Source: Planctomycetota bacterium
GTDB lineage: Bacteria > Planctomycetota > GCA-002687715 > DRQF01
Length of the DNA stretch: 16,878 nt
Assembly: GCA_036479435.1 (NCBI GenBank)
Contig: JAZGFI010000247.1
Location: 1-16,878, forward strand
Direction of reading: 5' to 3'
Positions 1 through 7,269 of the stretch are shown here, in pieces. A program made the translations under genes and the position numbers. The notes beneath the pieces are model-generated. The model had not been told where the DNA came from. It saw nothing but the letters and a program-made list of their open reading frames with translations, and did not search any database. Every line of letters starts with the position of its first letter. The stretch's first letter is position 1.

Positions 1-48
1 GAAATCTTCCACCCCTACCCGGGACAACGCCTGTGCGTCATTACCTAA
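1..48 (+). CDS. C-terminal 15 aa of a group II intron-encoded reverse transcriptase/maturase (partial)
   Basis: Frame 1 reads EIFHPYPGQRLCVIT* with TAA at 46-48. This resembles the 'I.HP[YW]P.QR..V' C-terminus of endonuclease-less intron-encoded proteins, and it stops 5 nt before domain V. Confidence 0.75.
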   Translation, partial: EIFHPYPGQRLCVIT

Positions 49-53
49 GGCAG

Positions 54-126
54 GAGCCCAGTGCGATAATTCCGCTCGCTGGGATCTGTGCGGGGGGCCT
101 CGGGTGACCGAGGTCCCTACCGCGAC
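54..126 (+). ncRNA. Group II intron catalytic domain V and branch-site domain VI
   Basis: DV is GAGCCCAGT-GCG-ATAATTC-CGC-TC-GCTGGGATC with triad AGC at 55-57. In DVI, GCGG(90-93) pairs with CCGC(120-123), A119 is bulged, and CCTCGG/CCGAGG is closed by the GNRA loop GTGA (104-107). The branch A is the 8th nt from the 3' end. Confidence 0.9.
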
Positions 127-135
127 ACAACCGGT

Positions 136-516
136 TCATTTGGAATGGGGGCATAGTCGGCGGGCAATGAGGGATTGCTTGAGGATTTTGGCTTCTAGAG
201 CTTGGGCGAGTTCGTCGAGGACGGCTTGGGGGTCTTGTTGGCCGCAGGAGAAGAGGTCGAAGGCTAGCCAGCCGTGCTCGGGGTAGGTGTGCAGTGAGGC
301 GTGAGACTCTGAGAGCAAGATCACCGCGCTGAAGCCCGCGCCGCCTTTTGAGAAGCGATGCAGGATGCGGTCGAGGACTTGGAAGCCGGCGCGGCGCAGG
401 GCTTGGTCTAGTAAGTCTGTCGTGGCGGTGGCGTCGCGCAGGTGTTCGGCCTTGATCTCGGCCAGGTCGGCGAGCAGGTGTTGTCCGATGATGGTGTGGG
501 GCGGGTTCGATTTCAT
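136..516 (-). CDS. speD: S-adenosylmethionine decarboxylase proenzyme (pyruvoyl-dependent)
   Basis: N-terminal GQHLLADL, self-cleavage motif LLSE|SHASLHTYPE and DLFSCG; 126 aa; starts 2 nt after the speE stop. Confidence 0.93.
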   Translation of the reverse strand: MKSNPPHTIIGQHLLADLAEIKAEHLRDATATTDLLDQALRRAGFQVLDRILHRFSKGGAGFSAVILLSESHASLHTYPEHGWLAFDLFSCGQQDPQAVLDELAQALEAKILKQSLIARRLCPHSK

Positions 517-518
517 GA

Positions 519-2093
519 TCAGTGGAGATAACGGTTGTAGCCGCGGCGGTAAAGGTTGCCGATGCAGGGATCGTTGAGGAGGTTGATGGGGGTCTTAACG
601 GAACCCATATCCTTGGGAATGACAAACAACGACGGCAAGGTTGATTCCGTCAAGAAGCGAGTCTCGATCTTGTCGTTCAAGAGAATGGCCGCCGGGCGGA
701 TTTTTCTGCGCGAAGCGAGGACGAAGCCCCAAGTACCGAAGGTCGGCACTGACAGCTGGTAAGGCGCGACCTGGAATGTAGTACTGGTCGCCGCCGGTAG
801 CGGCGTCGCATCGAGGGTGTGGGCGATGCACCAAAAGGCCTCGCGGGATCTGAAGGGGCTCGTGGCCTGAGTAGCGAAAGTGCCGCCGTCGGCGAGGTGG
901 CGTCCGATCAGAGTGTAAAAAGAGCGCGAATAGAGTTTGCTCAGCGCCGGCGTGGAGGGGTCGGGGAGATCGGCCAGCACGACGTCGTACATGGACTCGC
1001 TGTCGTCCAGAAATTTGAACGCATCCTCGTTGACGATGCGAACTCGGGCATCATTGAGCGAGTCATGATTCAGATCGGTGAGCATCTTTGTGCTCTTGAA
1101 CAGGTCGGTGACGGCCGCATCGAGATCGACGATGGTGACGCTTTGGATGCCGGGGTGCTTCAAAACCTCGCGGGCCAAAAGACCGTCGCCGCCGCCGAGG
1201 ATTAAGACCTGGCGCGGATTCTCGGCACTGGCCAGTGCCGGATGTGCGAGCGCTTCGTGGTAGCGGTACTCATCGACGCTTGAAAACTGGAGGTGCCCAT
1301 TTAGATAAAGCCGCAGGTCGCCGCGCCAACGCGTGAGCACGATTCGCTGGTAGGCGGAGGTCTTCGCGAAGATCACTTCGTCCTGGTAGCTTCTGTTTTC
1401 AAGGTGACTGACGAATCGACCGGCAAATACTAAGGCCATGATGAGCGCGGCCGTCCCAACAAAGATCGTTGCCCAAAGCCATCGCCGCCCGCTTTTCATC
1501 GAGGGGCCAAAAACGCGGAGCAGAATCGCCCCGACGCCGAGGTTCAAAAGGCCAGTGAAGAGCCCGGAACGCACAATGCCGCAGACGGGCAGCAGAAAGA
1601 AGGGAAAGGCCATGGACGCCACCAGGGCGCCGAAGTAATCGAGCCCTAAAACATTGGCAGCAGTGACGCGGAGCGTGTCGGTTTCCTTCAGGATGCGCAG
1701 TACCAGCGGGATCTCGAGCCCGACCAAAACGCCCACTGCTACGACACTCCCAAGCAAAACGATCGAGTACTGCGACAGGTAGGCAAAGGCTGCGAATCCC
1801 AGCAAGGCGGAGAAGCCGCCGACGAGGCCCACGCCGATTTCGACGGCGACAAAGGTGAAGAGAAGGTGTTTGCGAACGAAGCGGCTCAAAAAAGAGCCGA
1901 CGCCCATCGACGTCAAGAACACGCCGATCACGATTGAAAACTGCGTGATCGAATCGCCGAGCAAATAGCTCGCCAGGGCGCCAGCAATGAGTTCGTAGAC
2001 CAACCCGCAGATGGCCACCACAAAAACGGAGCCGAGCAAAATGCCGACGGTGCGCGACTCGTAGCCCGCGGAAGCGCTCGATGATTCAGTCAT
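519..2093 (-). CDS. speE: Polyamine aminopropyltransferase (spermidine synthase family) with N-terminal multi-pass membrane domain
   Basis: About 7 hydrophobic segments in the first ~230 aa, then LYLNGHLQFSSVDEYRYHEAL, VLILGGGDG, VDLD, EDAF, DLPDP and PTFGTWGF motifs. Confidence 0.92.
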   Translation of the reverse strand: MTESSSASAGYESRTVGILLGSVFVVAICGLVYELIAGALASYLLGDSITQFSIVIGVFLTSMGVGSFLSRFVRKHLLFTFVAVEIGVGLVGGFSALLGFAAFAYLSQYSIVLLGSVVAVGVLVGLEIPLVLRILKETDTLRVTAANVLGLDYFGALVASMAFPFFLLPVCGIVRSGLFTGLLNLGVGAILLRVFGPSMKSGRRWLWATIFVGTAALIMALVFAGRFVSHLENRSYQDEVIFAKTSAYQRIVLTRWRGDLRLYLNGHLQFSSVDEYRYHEALAHPALASAENPRQVLILGGGDGLLAREVLKHPGIQSVTIVDLDAAVTDLFKSTKMLTDLNHDSLNDARVRIVNEDAFKFLDDSESMYDVVLADLPDPSTPALSKLYSRSFYTLIGRHLADGGTFATQATSPFRSREAFWCIAHTLDATPLPAATSTTFQVAPYQLSVPTFGTWGFVLASRRKIRPAAILLNDKIETRFLTESTLPSLFVIPKDMGSVKTPINLLNDPCIGNLYRRGYNRYLH

Positions 2094-2123
2094 CGCTTTA
2101 GTCCGGTTGCAGCCCGGCTCGGC

Positions 2124-2339
2124 TTAGCGAATGACGGCTGCGACGATGATCGCAATGCCGATCAAAGCGGAGCCAATGACGATGCCCAAAGCCGTGTTTT
2201 GGTCTTCTTCGATTTCTTTGCGAACCGAAAAAGGAGTCAGTTTGTCCATCAGCAAGATGCTGACGCCGAACAAGACGAGGCCCAATGCCACCCATATGAG
2301 CGACATCCCCAGCTGTTGTAATTCTTGATTCCAGTCCAT
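2124..2339 (-). CDS. DUF350 family small two-TM membrane protein
   Basis: 71 aa with two TM helices flanking DKLTPFSVRKEIEEDQNTALGIV, typical of DUF350; usual neighbour of membrane-fused speE. Confidence 0.88.
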   Translation of the reverse strand: MDWNQELQQLGMSLIWVALGLVLFGVSILLMDKLTPFSVRKEIEEDQNTALGIVIGSALIGIAIIVAAVIR

Positions 2340-2393
2340 GAAACTCTCACTTTTCTTGGTGTTTGCTTTTTGCCGCGGTCAAAACCTAATGGC

Positions 2394-2597
2394 CTACTTG
2401 CCGCGTCGCGGCCCGCCGCCGATGAAGTAACGAGTGGCGAGGCGTCCCGACCCCATCGGCCCCTTCATCGATTCTTCGCGAATGCTGACGGGCTCCTTCA
2501 AGGGCCTATCGACTCCCCATCCTTCTGACGAGGCCTTGACCGCGACCCCGGTTGTGCCGATGACGCCGGCAATGAGACCGATGAGTTTTTTCTTCAT
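2394..2597 (-). CDS. Small membrane-anchored or secreted hypothetical protein (SIR...GGGPRRGK)
   Basis: 67 aa; MKKK plus a hydrophobic N-terminus and a Gly-rich C-terminus ending in GK; fills the gap between the DUF4178 gene and DUF350 in the same orientation. Confidence 0.75.
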   Translation of the reverse strand: MKKKLIGLIAGVIGTTGVAVKASSEGWGVDRPLKEPVSIREESMKGPMGSGRLATRYFIGGGPRRGK

Positions 2598-2613
2598 AGT
2601 AGCGAGGGGCCTT

Positions 2614-4656
2614 TCATTCGTCAGACCAACGTTTGGCCTCGAAGGACAACTTCGGAATCCAGTAGCAGGCGATCCAAATCAGAGCGAGCACGGCCAAGAT
2701 AATGAAGTAGCGCGTCAAGACGACACGCTTTTTTACGCTGAAAGTCGTCGAATAAGAACCGGGTCGGATGATGTCCGCGTTTTCGCCGTGACCGGCCTGA
2801 CCTTGAACAAGTAGGCGGTAAGTCCCGGCTTTTTCCACGACGAAGGGTGTCGAATCGCTTCGACTGCCCTCTGACCAGCTCTCACCGCCTTCGACACCTG
2901 AATAGTAAGAGATTTGGGTGGAAAACTCGTGGGTGACTTCGTCGGCGTCGTTGACAAGGGCGATGTCAAAGTAACTCCAGGCGTCTTTAAGGCCGGCACC
3001 TTCGATCTTGAGGGTACACAGCTCCGGGCCTCCCAGTTCGAAGGGCTGACTGAGCCAAGGTTTTGAGAATTGATCATGGCTGAGGCTGAATTCGGTCGCG
3101 CTCCCTCCACCAGCAATGCTTGACCAAATGATCAAGACCAAAGACACGACCAACAACAGGCTCATGATCTTGACGGCGGCCTTCGAAAAGTCTCCGTTAA
3201 TGTAGGGCTGAGAGGCGCCGACGCCATAGGCTTTCGGCAGAGATTTCTCGGCGACATCGAAGGCTTTGGCCACAGTGGCGTGGTCGAGGTAACGGCCTTG
3301 GAACCACTCAATCTCGTCTTCTGTCCACTCCGCGCTCAAAGAGAACGGAGGGTTGATGGCATCGTAGAACCCGATGGAATCTTCAAGCTGCGCAATCCAT
3401 GGCAACTCGCCATCGACCCAAGTGACGCGAGCAGAGCCCCGCTCGAACATCTTGAACTTCATGCCGGCGTGTTCGACGGCCGCTTTTCGTTTTCCCATTC
3501 GCGGATTGATGCGCGGGTGGTTCTTCATCTCTGCGGCCCACACGAAGTGGCCGTTCTCAAGACCGAGCCAGGCGTAGCCGCGTTCGGGGCACACCATCAA
3601 AAAGTCGATCCAGTGGTAGTCGACGCCCTCGTCGGTTTGGGTGTAGCGAATGAGCCCCGCGATGCGCCATTCGTTGTTTTCGAACTTGAAGCGTTGCCCG
3701 AGTTTGAAGGGGATGTTCGGTCGGTCTTTGTCGGTGAGCTGCGCCAGGACTGCGGTGCGATCTCCGCTGAGGTCCATCTGGGTACGACAGTTGGGGCAGA
3801 TCGTCGTTTCGGCGGTTTCGGCCTGGTGCAGGGTGATGGGGTGGGTGCAGGTCTTGCAGGTGATGCGCTCTAAACCGAGATCGACTTCGGAACCGCAATA
3901 CTCGCAAGTGAGTTCCGTGGCGCCGGGGTCGGGGATTCCAAGGTTGCCGCCACAGCAATCGCAAGAAATGGCCTCGCTGCGGTCTGCTTCTTGAAAAACG
4001 CGATGTCGTGTGCCTTCGGCGGCCTCGGTGCGGAAGCGATTCTCAGTCCAGCTTGCGGTGTCAACGTGTAATTCGTCGCGTTCGAGTTGCTGTCCCAAAA
4101 ACGCGCGGGGACCCTCTTCACCGAACTCAACGCTCAGGAACTGGTTCTCGTCGCGGCCGACGGCGTCGAGAAAGGGTGTTTTCTCACCGGTTTCAACGGC
4201 GAAGGGCAGTTGTCCCTCTCCGCCCTCACAAATTGCGACCCCCTTTTCCTTGAGGCTGAAGTCGCCATCGGGATAGGGCAAAGCGTCGCCGGGCTTTAGC
4301 GATTCATGAAGTTCGGGGGAGGGTTGCCAGTCGACCGGTACTTCGACCGTAAACTCGTCCTCATCTTCGCCGATCCAACCGCTGTCGCCGTCCTCAAAGA
4401 CTAGGTACCACTCGTCCCAAAACCCCTGCTGATAGCCGTAACGAACCCGTCCGATGACTTGGAAGCCGCGACCCTTCGCGTTTCCGGTGGCACCGAGATG
4501 TAGCGGGCCCTTGGGCTTGGCCAGAACGGCCATCTTGCCGGAGATCTTTGCGGCTTCTTTGTCGAGCAGCAGCGCCGACTGGCAGTAGGGGCAGACCCGA
4601 AAGTGCCCGTAGCGCTCGTCAGCTTCAATTCCGGAACCGCAACTCGGACACTGCAT
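2614..4656 (-). CDS. Zn-ribbon and tandem DUF4178 domain membrane protein
   Basis: Start reassigned to ATG 4656 (MQCPSCG), because the longer 4779 start overlaps the upstream gene. CxxC pairs CPSC/CPYC, CDCC/CEYC and CKTC/CPNC; two DUF4178-like units (GRVRYGY..GFWDEWYL; GLIRY...YHWIDFLM...WLGLENGH); two TM helices flanking an extracytoplasmic domain. Confidence 0.85.
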   Translation of the reverse strand: MQCPSCGSGIEADERYGHFRVCPYCQSALLLDKEAAKISGKMAVLAKPKGPLHLGATGNAKGRGFQVIGRVRYGYQQGFWDEWYLVFEDGDSGWIGEDEDEFTVEVPVDWQPSPELHESLKPGDALPYPDGDFSLKEKGVAICEGGEGQLPFAVETGEKTPFLDAVGRDENQFLSVEFGEEGPRAFLGQQLERDELHVDTASWTENRFRTEAAEGTRHRVFQEADRSEAISCDCCGGNLGIPDPGATELTCEYCGSEVDLGLERITCKTCTHPITLHQAETAETTICPNCRTQMDLSGDRTAVLAQLTDKDRPNIPFKLGQRFKFENNEWRIAGLIRYTQTDEGVDYHWIDFLMVCPERGYAWLGLENGHFVWAAEMKNHPRINPRMGKRKAAVEHAGMKFKMFERGSARVTWVDGELPWIAQLEDSIGFYDAINPPFSLSAEWTEDEIEWFQGRYLDHATVAKAFDVAEKSLPKAYGVGASQPYINGDFSKAAVKIMSLLLVVSLVLIIWSSIAGGGSATEFSLSHDQFSKPWLSQPFELGGPELCTLKIEGAGLKDAWSYFDIALVNDADEVTHEFSTQISYYSGVEGGESWSEGSRSDSTPFVVEKAGTYRLLVQGQAGHGENADIIRPGSYSTTFSVKKRVVLTRYFIILAVLALIWIACYWIPKLSFEAKRWSDE

Positions 4657-4693
4657 GCGCGAATGGTAGCGACTGGGACGGGCGATGCCACAA
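4657..4693 (-). promoter_or_regulatory. Putative sigma70-type promoter for a leaderless DUF4178-operon transcript
   Basis: Minus strand reads TTGTGG-N19-TACCAT-tcgcgc-ATG. The -10 hexamer is 6 nt before the ATG and no Shine-Dalgarno is visible; the -35 spacing is long. Confidence 0.45.
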
Positions 4694-4700
4694 GTTTTGG

Positions 4701-6305
4701 CTAGTCTTGAAGGTACTCGGCGAAGAAGTGTTTTGGCGTCAGATTTTCTCCGGTCACCCGAACCAAGGTTTCTGCCCACTGAAAGCGGGAGCCGGTCGCA
4801 AAGAGCTTGCGGGTGAGAAATTGCCCCACCTCAAGATTCCCGACCATACTCGTATTCGAGTTCTCATTCTCGCGAACCATGGCTGCGCGCAGTTGCGAAG
4901 CGACGAGGTGCCCGAAGAGTTGATTATGCGAGTTTAGCGGTTGTAGCGAAAACGGCAGATGCGCCGCCCAGTCGTGCCGGCCTTCGCGGCCTTCCGGCGG
5001 TTGAATGTGGAGAATGCGGTCGACCAAGGTCCACCAAGTGCGATTAAGGTCTTGCCCCGGCTTTTCATAGAGGGCGCGCTCAAAGAGCACCAAGACCGGC
5101 ACCCAACGGGCCAAGAGCAGCATCGACATCCGCCGTTGCTCTTCGATCATTGGCGCGGCCTTGGTCACGGTCGCCTTGTGCGCCATGACGACTTCCCCCA
5201 GAAACTCGGGGTCATCTGCGTTGCGTTCCATGATCAAAGAGACCGCTTCGATGAACAAGGGGTGAGCGGGCTCGCGGACGATGAAGGAGAGGTTCTTCGC
5301 CAGATGGCGGTAGTAGCTTGCAGCTCCCAGTTGTCTAAGCGCCTTGCACATGGCCTTGTGCCCAGTACCGATGCTCGAGAAAACCCGAACGTCGCGGCCA
5401 TTGCGGTCGATGTGAAGACAGAACTCACGCGATGATTTGTCTTCGCGCACGCCAAGATCGCTCTTGGCGATCACCGACTTGAGATCGAACCCGATCCCCG
5501 CGAAGAACTTCTCGGCGAGTTTTACCACCGATTTGCGGCCATAGAACTTGTCTAGGTCGACGGCGTCTTTGCCCGGAGCCCCGGCGAAAATCGGCTCGAC
5601 GTAATGCCAAGGTCTTAGCTTCTTTTGAATCGTCCGAAACCGCTTGGCGTATTCCCGGTCGAGCGTTGTCTTCAGTTTCTTGTAGGGCTCTTCCGTGGCC
5701 TTCAAGACCTCTTCGATCGTCAGGAGGAGCTGGGTCTCGTCGATCTCTTGGAGCTCGAGCCCCATGCGATAGTAGTCGCGAAATCCAAGATCGCGCGCCG
5801 CACGGTTGCGAATGCCCATGACGCGCAGCAGCATCGGCCCTAGCTCATCGCCGATGCTGTGCATCGACTCCCAGATCTTCTGCCGCTGCTCGCGGTCGTC
5901 GCTGGTCTTAAGGATCTTTGCGGCCTCTGCCGGTGTTAGCTCTTTGCCATCCACCACTATGCGATGATCGCCGACCTTGCGCTCGAGTTCTATCTGGTCG
6001 TCTTTGATCCGATCGAGTGCCGTCTGCGGCAGCTGATGCTCTGCAAAATGCAGTCGCAGTAGTCGCAACTGGCGAGCGGTCTCAGGGGTTTCAGTAAGGT
6101 CGCCGTCGTCGTAGGTGAGAATGCGGGCGTAGCTCTCGCGGTCGCCGTAGACTTTCTGCCGTTCGCCATATTTCTCGTCGAAACGTTTTTCGTCAGCGGG
6201 GCGCCCATTGGACGCCAGCTTCCATCGAGCCTCGTTGAACTCTTTTTCCAAAGGGACCGCCGTTTTCAGGTGGCCCTCGATGAACTCCAGGATGTTGCGT
6301 TCCAT
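4701..6305 (-). CDS. M3/M2 (oligoendopeptidase / peptidyl-dipeptidase A)-like protein lacking catalytic residues
   Basis: RNRAARDLGFRDYY, LRPWHY, FCLHIDR..DVRV, FERALYE.P.QDLN..WW.LV and DWAA motifs of this family. The HELGH position reads RQLGA (5322-5336). RBS GGAGG. Confidence 0.85.
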   Translation of the reverse strand: MERNILEFIEGHLKTAVPLEKEFNEARWKLASNGRPADEKRFDEKYGERQKVYGDRESYARILTYDDGDLTETPETARQLRLLRLHFAEHQLPQTALDRIKDDQIELERKVGDHRIVVDGKELTPAEAAKILKTSDDREQRQKIWESMHSIGDELGPMLLRVMGIRNRAARDLGFRDYYRMGLELQEIDETQLLLTIEEVLKATEEPYKKLKTTLDREYAKRFRTIQKKLRPWHYVEPIFAGAPGKDAVDLDKFYGRKSVVKLAEKFFAGIGFDLKSVIAKSDLGVREDKSSREFCLHIDRNGRDVRVFSSIGTGHKAMCKALRQLGAASYYRHLAKNLSFIVREPAHPLFIEAVSLIMERNADDPEFLGEVVMAHKATVTKAAPMIEEQRRMSMLLLARWVPVLVLFERALYEKPGQDLNRTWWTLVDRILHIQPPEGREGRHDWAAHLPFSLQPLNSHNQLFGHLVASQLRAAMVRENENSNTSMVGNLEVGQFLTRKLFATGSRFQWAETLVRVTGENLTPKHFFAEYLQD

Positions 6306-6328
6306 GTGCCTCCGTCGCTCTTCGAGTT

Positions 6329-7141
6329 CTACTCGAAGAGCGCTTCGTACTCCGGCACGATGTCGGCGGTAAATGCCCTCATGCCTTCCGCTGACTTGTA
6401 ATGTTCGATCATTTGCTTCAAGACGTCAAAGGGCGCGGTCGCAACCTGGCTGCCGACAAGCGCGCATTCGCGTACTTGACGCGAGTTGCGGAGACTGGCG
6501 GCAAGAACTTTGCAGCCGTCAAACCCTTGGATCGCCAAGATGCCGACGCACTCTTCGATCAAGTGTGTCCCCGACAAGATGCCGTTGTCGCTCGTGTCGT
6601 CGATTCCCTCTTCGGGATAGTAGGCGGTCTTGCCGTCGCCTTCGCGGCCGGTTTTTTTGCGCAGCTCATCATCGATGCGACCGGCGAAAGGACTGACGTA
6701 AGACGCCCCGGCCTTGGCCGCGAGCAAGGCTTGCTCGGGCGTGAACACCAAAGTGGTGTTGATCGGAATTCCCTGTTCGCTGAGTTTCTTGATGACCTTA
6801 AGGCCACCAAAAGAATCTTCGCCGCCGCCCATGTTGGGGCAGACCGGAATCTTCACCACGACGTTGCCGGTGACCGGATTAAATTTCTCGTAGAGAAACA
6901 TGCCCTGGGTGTACATCGCCTCCGGATCGGCGGCGATGACTTCGAGGCTGACGGGGTCGGAACCTGCGGCCCGCAGGATCTCATTGATGTACTCTTCGAT
7001 TCCCATCGAAGAGCCATCTGCTTTGAGTTTGTCCACCGCCTTTTTGATCAGAGACGGGTTGGTGGTGACGCCATCCACGATGCCCCAGGAGTAGGACTCG
7101 CGAATCTGATCGAGGTCGGCGGTGTCGACGAAGAATTCCAT
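6329..7141 (-). CDS. tal: Transaldolase (FSA/TalC-type short family, with insertions)
   Basis: FFVDTAD, GVTTNPSL, VSLEV (Glu), VVVKIP (Schiff-base Lys), NTTLVF, YVSPFAGRIDD (Phe) and LAASLR. The Glu/Phe pair favours transaldolase over fructose-6-phosphate aldolase. Confidence 0.92.
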   Translation of the reverse strand: MEFFVDTADLDQIRESYSWGIVDGVTTNPSLIKKAVDKLKADGSSMGIEEYINEILRAAGSDPVSLEVIAADPEAMYTQGMFLYEKFNPVTGNVVVKIPVCPNMGGGEDSFGGLKVIKKLSEQGIPINTTLVFTPEQALLAAKAGASYVSPFAGRIDDELRKKTGREGDGKTAYYPEEGIDDTSDNGILSGTHLIEECVGILAIQGFDGCKVLAASLRNSRQVRECALVGSQVATAPFDVLKQMIEHYKSAEGMRAFTADIVPEYEALFE

Positions 7142-7204
7142 AGTATTGACTCGGTCTTGGTAATCTGGGCGCGCCGCGGGGCGATGAACGAAATCCGCCG
7201 ATTT

Positions 7205-7232
7205 TTGGCAGACTGCGCGCGTTGTTTATAAA
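7205..7232 (+). promoter_or_regulatory. Putative sigma70 promoter of the ABC exporter operon
   Basis: TTGGCA(7205-7210)-N16-TATAAA(7227-7232) in the divergent intergenic region. Confidence 0.5.
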
Positions 7233-7269
7233 CCGCGAGCCGCGATTCGGCCAGCTTGGGGGGACGAGA

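Larger units (their letters stand above)
1..126 (+). mobile_element. 3' end of a group II intron (IIB-like), truncated by the window edge
   Basis: ORF end at 1-48, then a domain V hairpin with AGC triad (54-86), then domain VI with a bulged A (90-123). The terminus ...CCTACCGCGAC ends in AC at 125-126. Confidence 0.9.

Noticed and set aside
516..521. Possible SpeE-SpeD fusion by readthrough or frameshift
   Set aside because: Different frames separated by TGA-TC-ATG with no slippery sequence; ordinary translational coupling explains it.
41..625. 194-aa minus-strand ORF overlapping speD and the intron end
   Set aside because: Pro/Arg-rich alternative frame of speD/speE with no recognisable motifs.
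4657..4779. N-terminal extension of the DUF4178 ORF
   Set aside because: Overlaps the peptidase-like gene; the Zn ribbon starts at Met 4656, which has a promoter-like signal just upstream.
6401..7231. Long antisense ORFs (e.g. 276 aa opposite tal, 216 aa opposite tauE, 230 aa opposite the ABC ATPase)
   Set aside because: Expected antisense shadows of high-GC coding genes.
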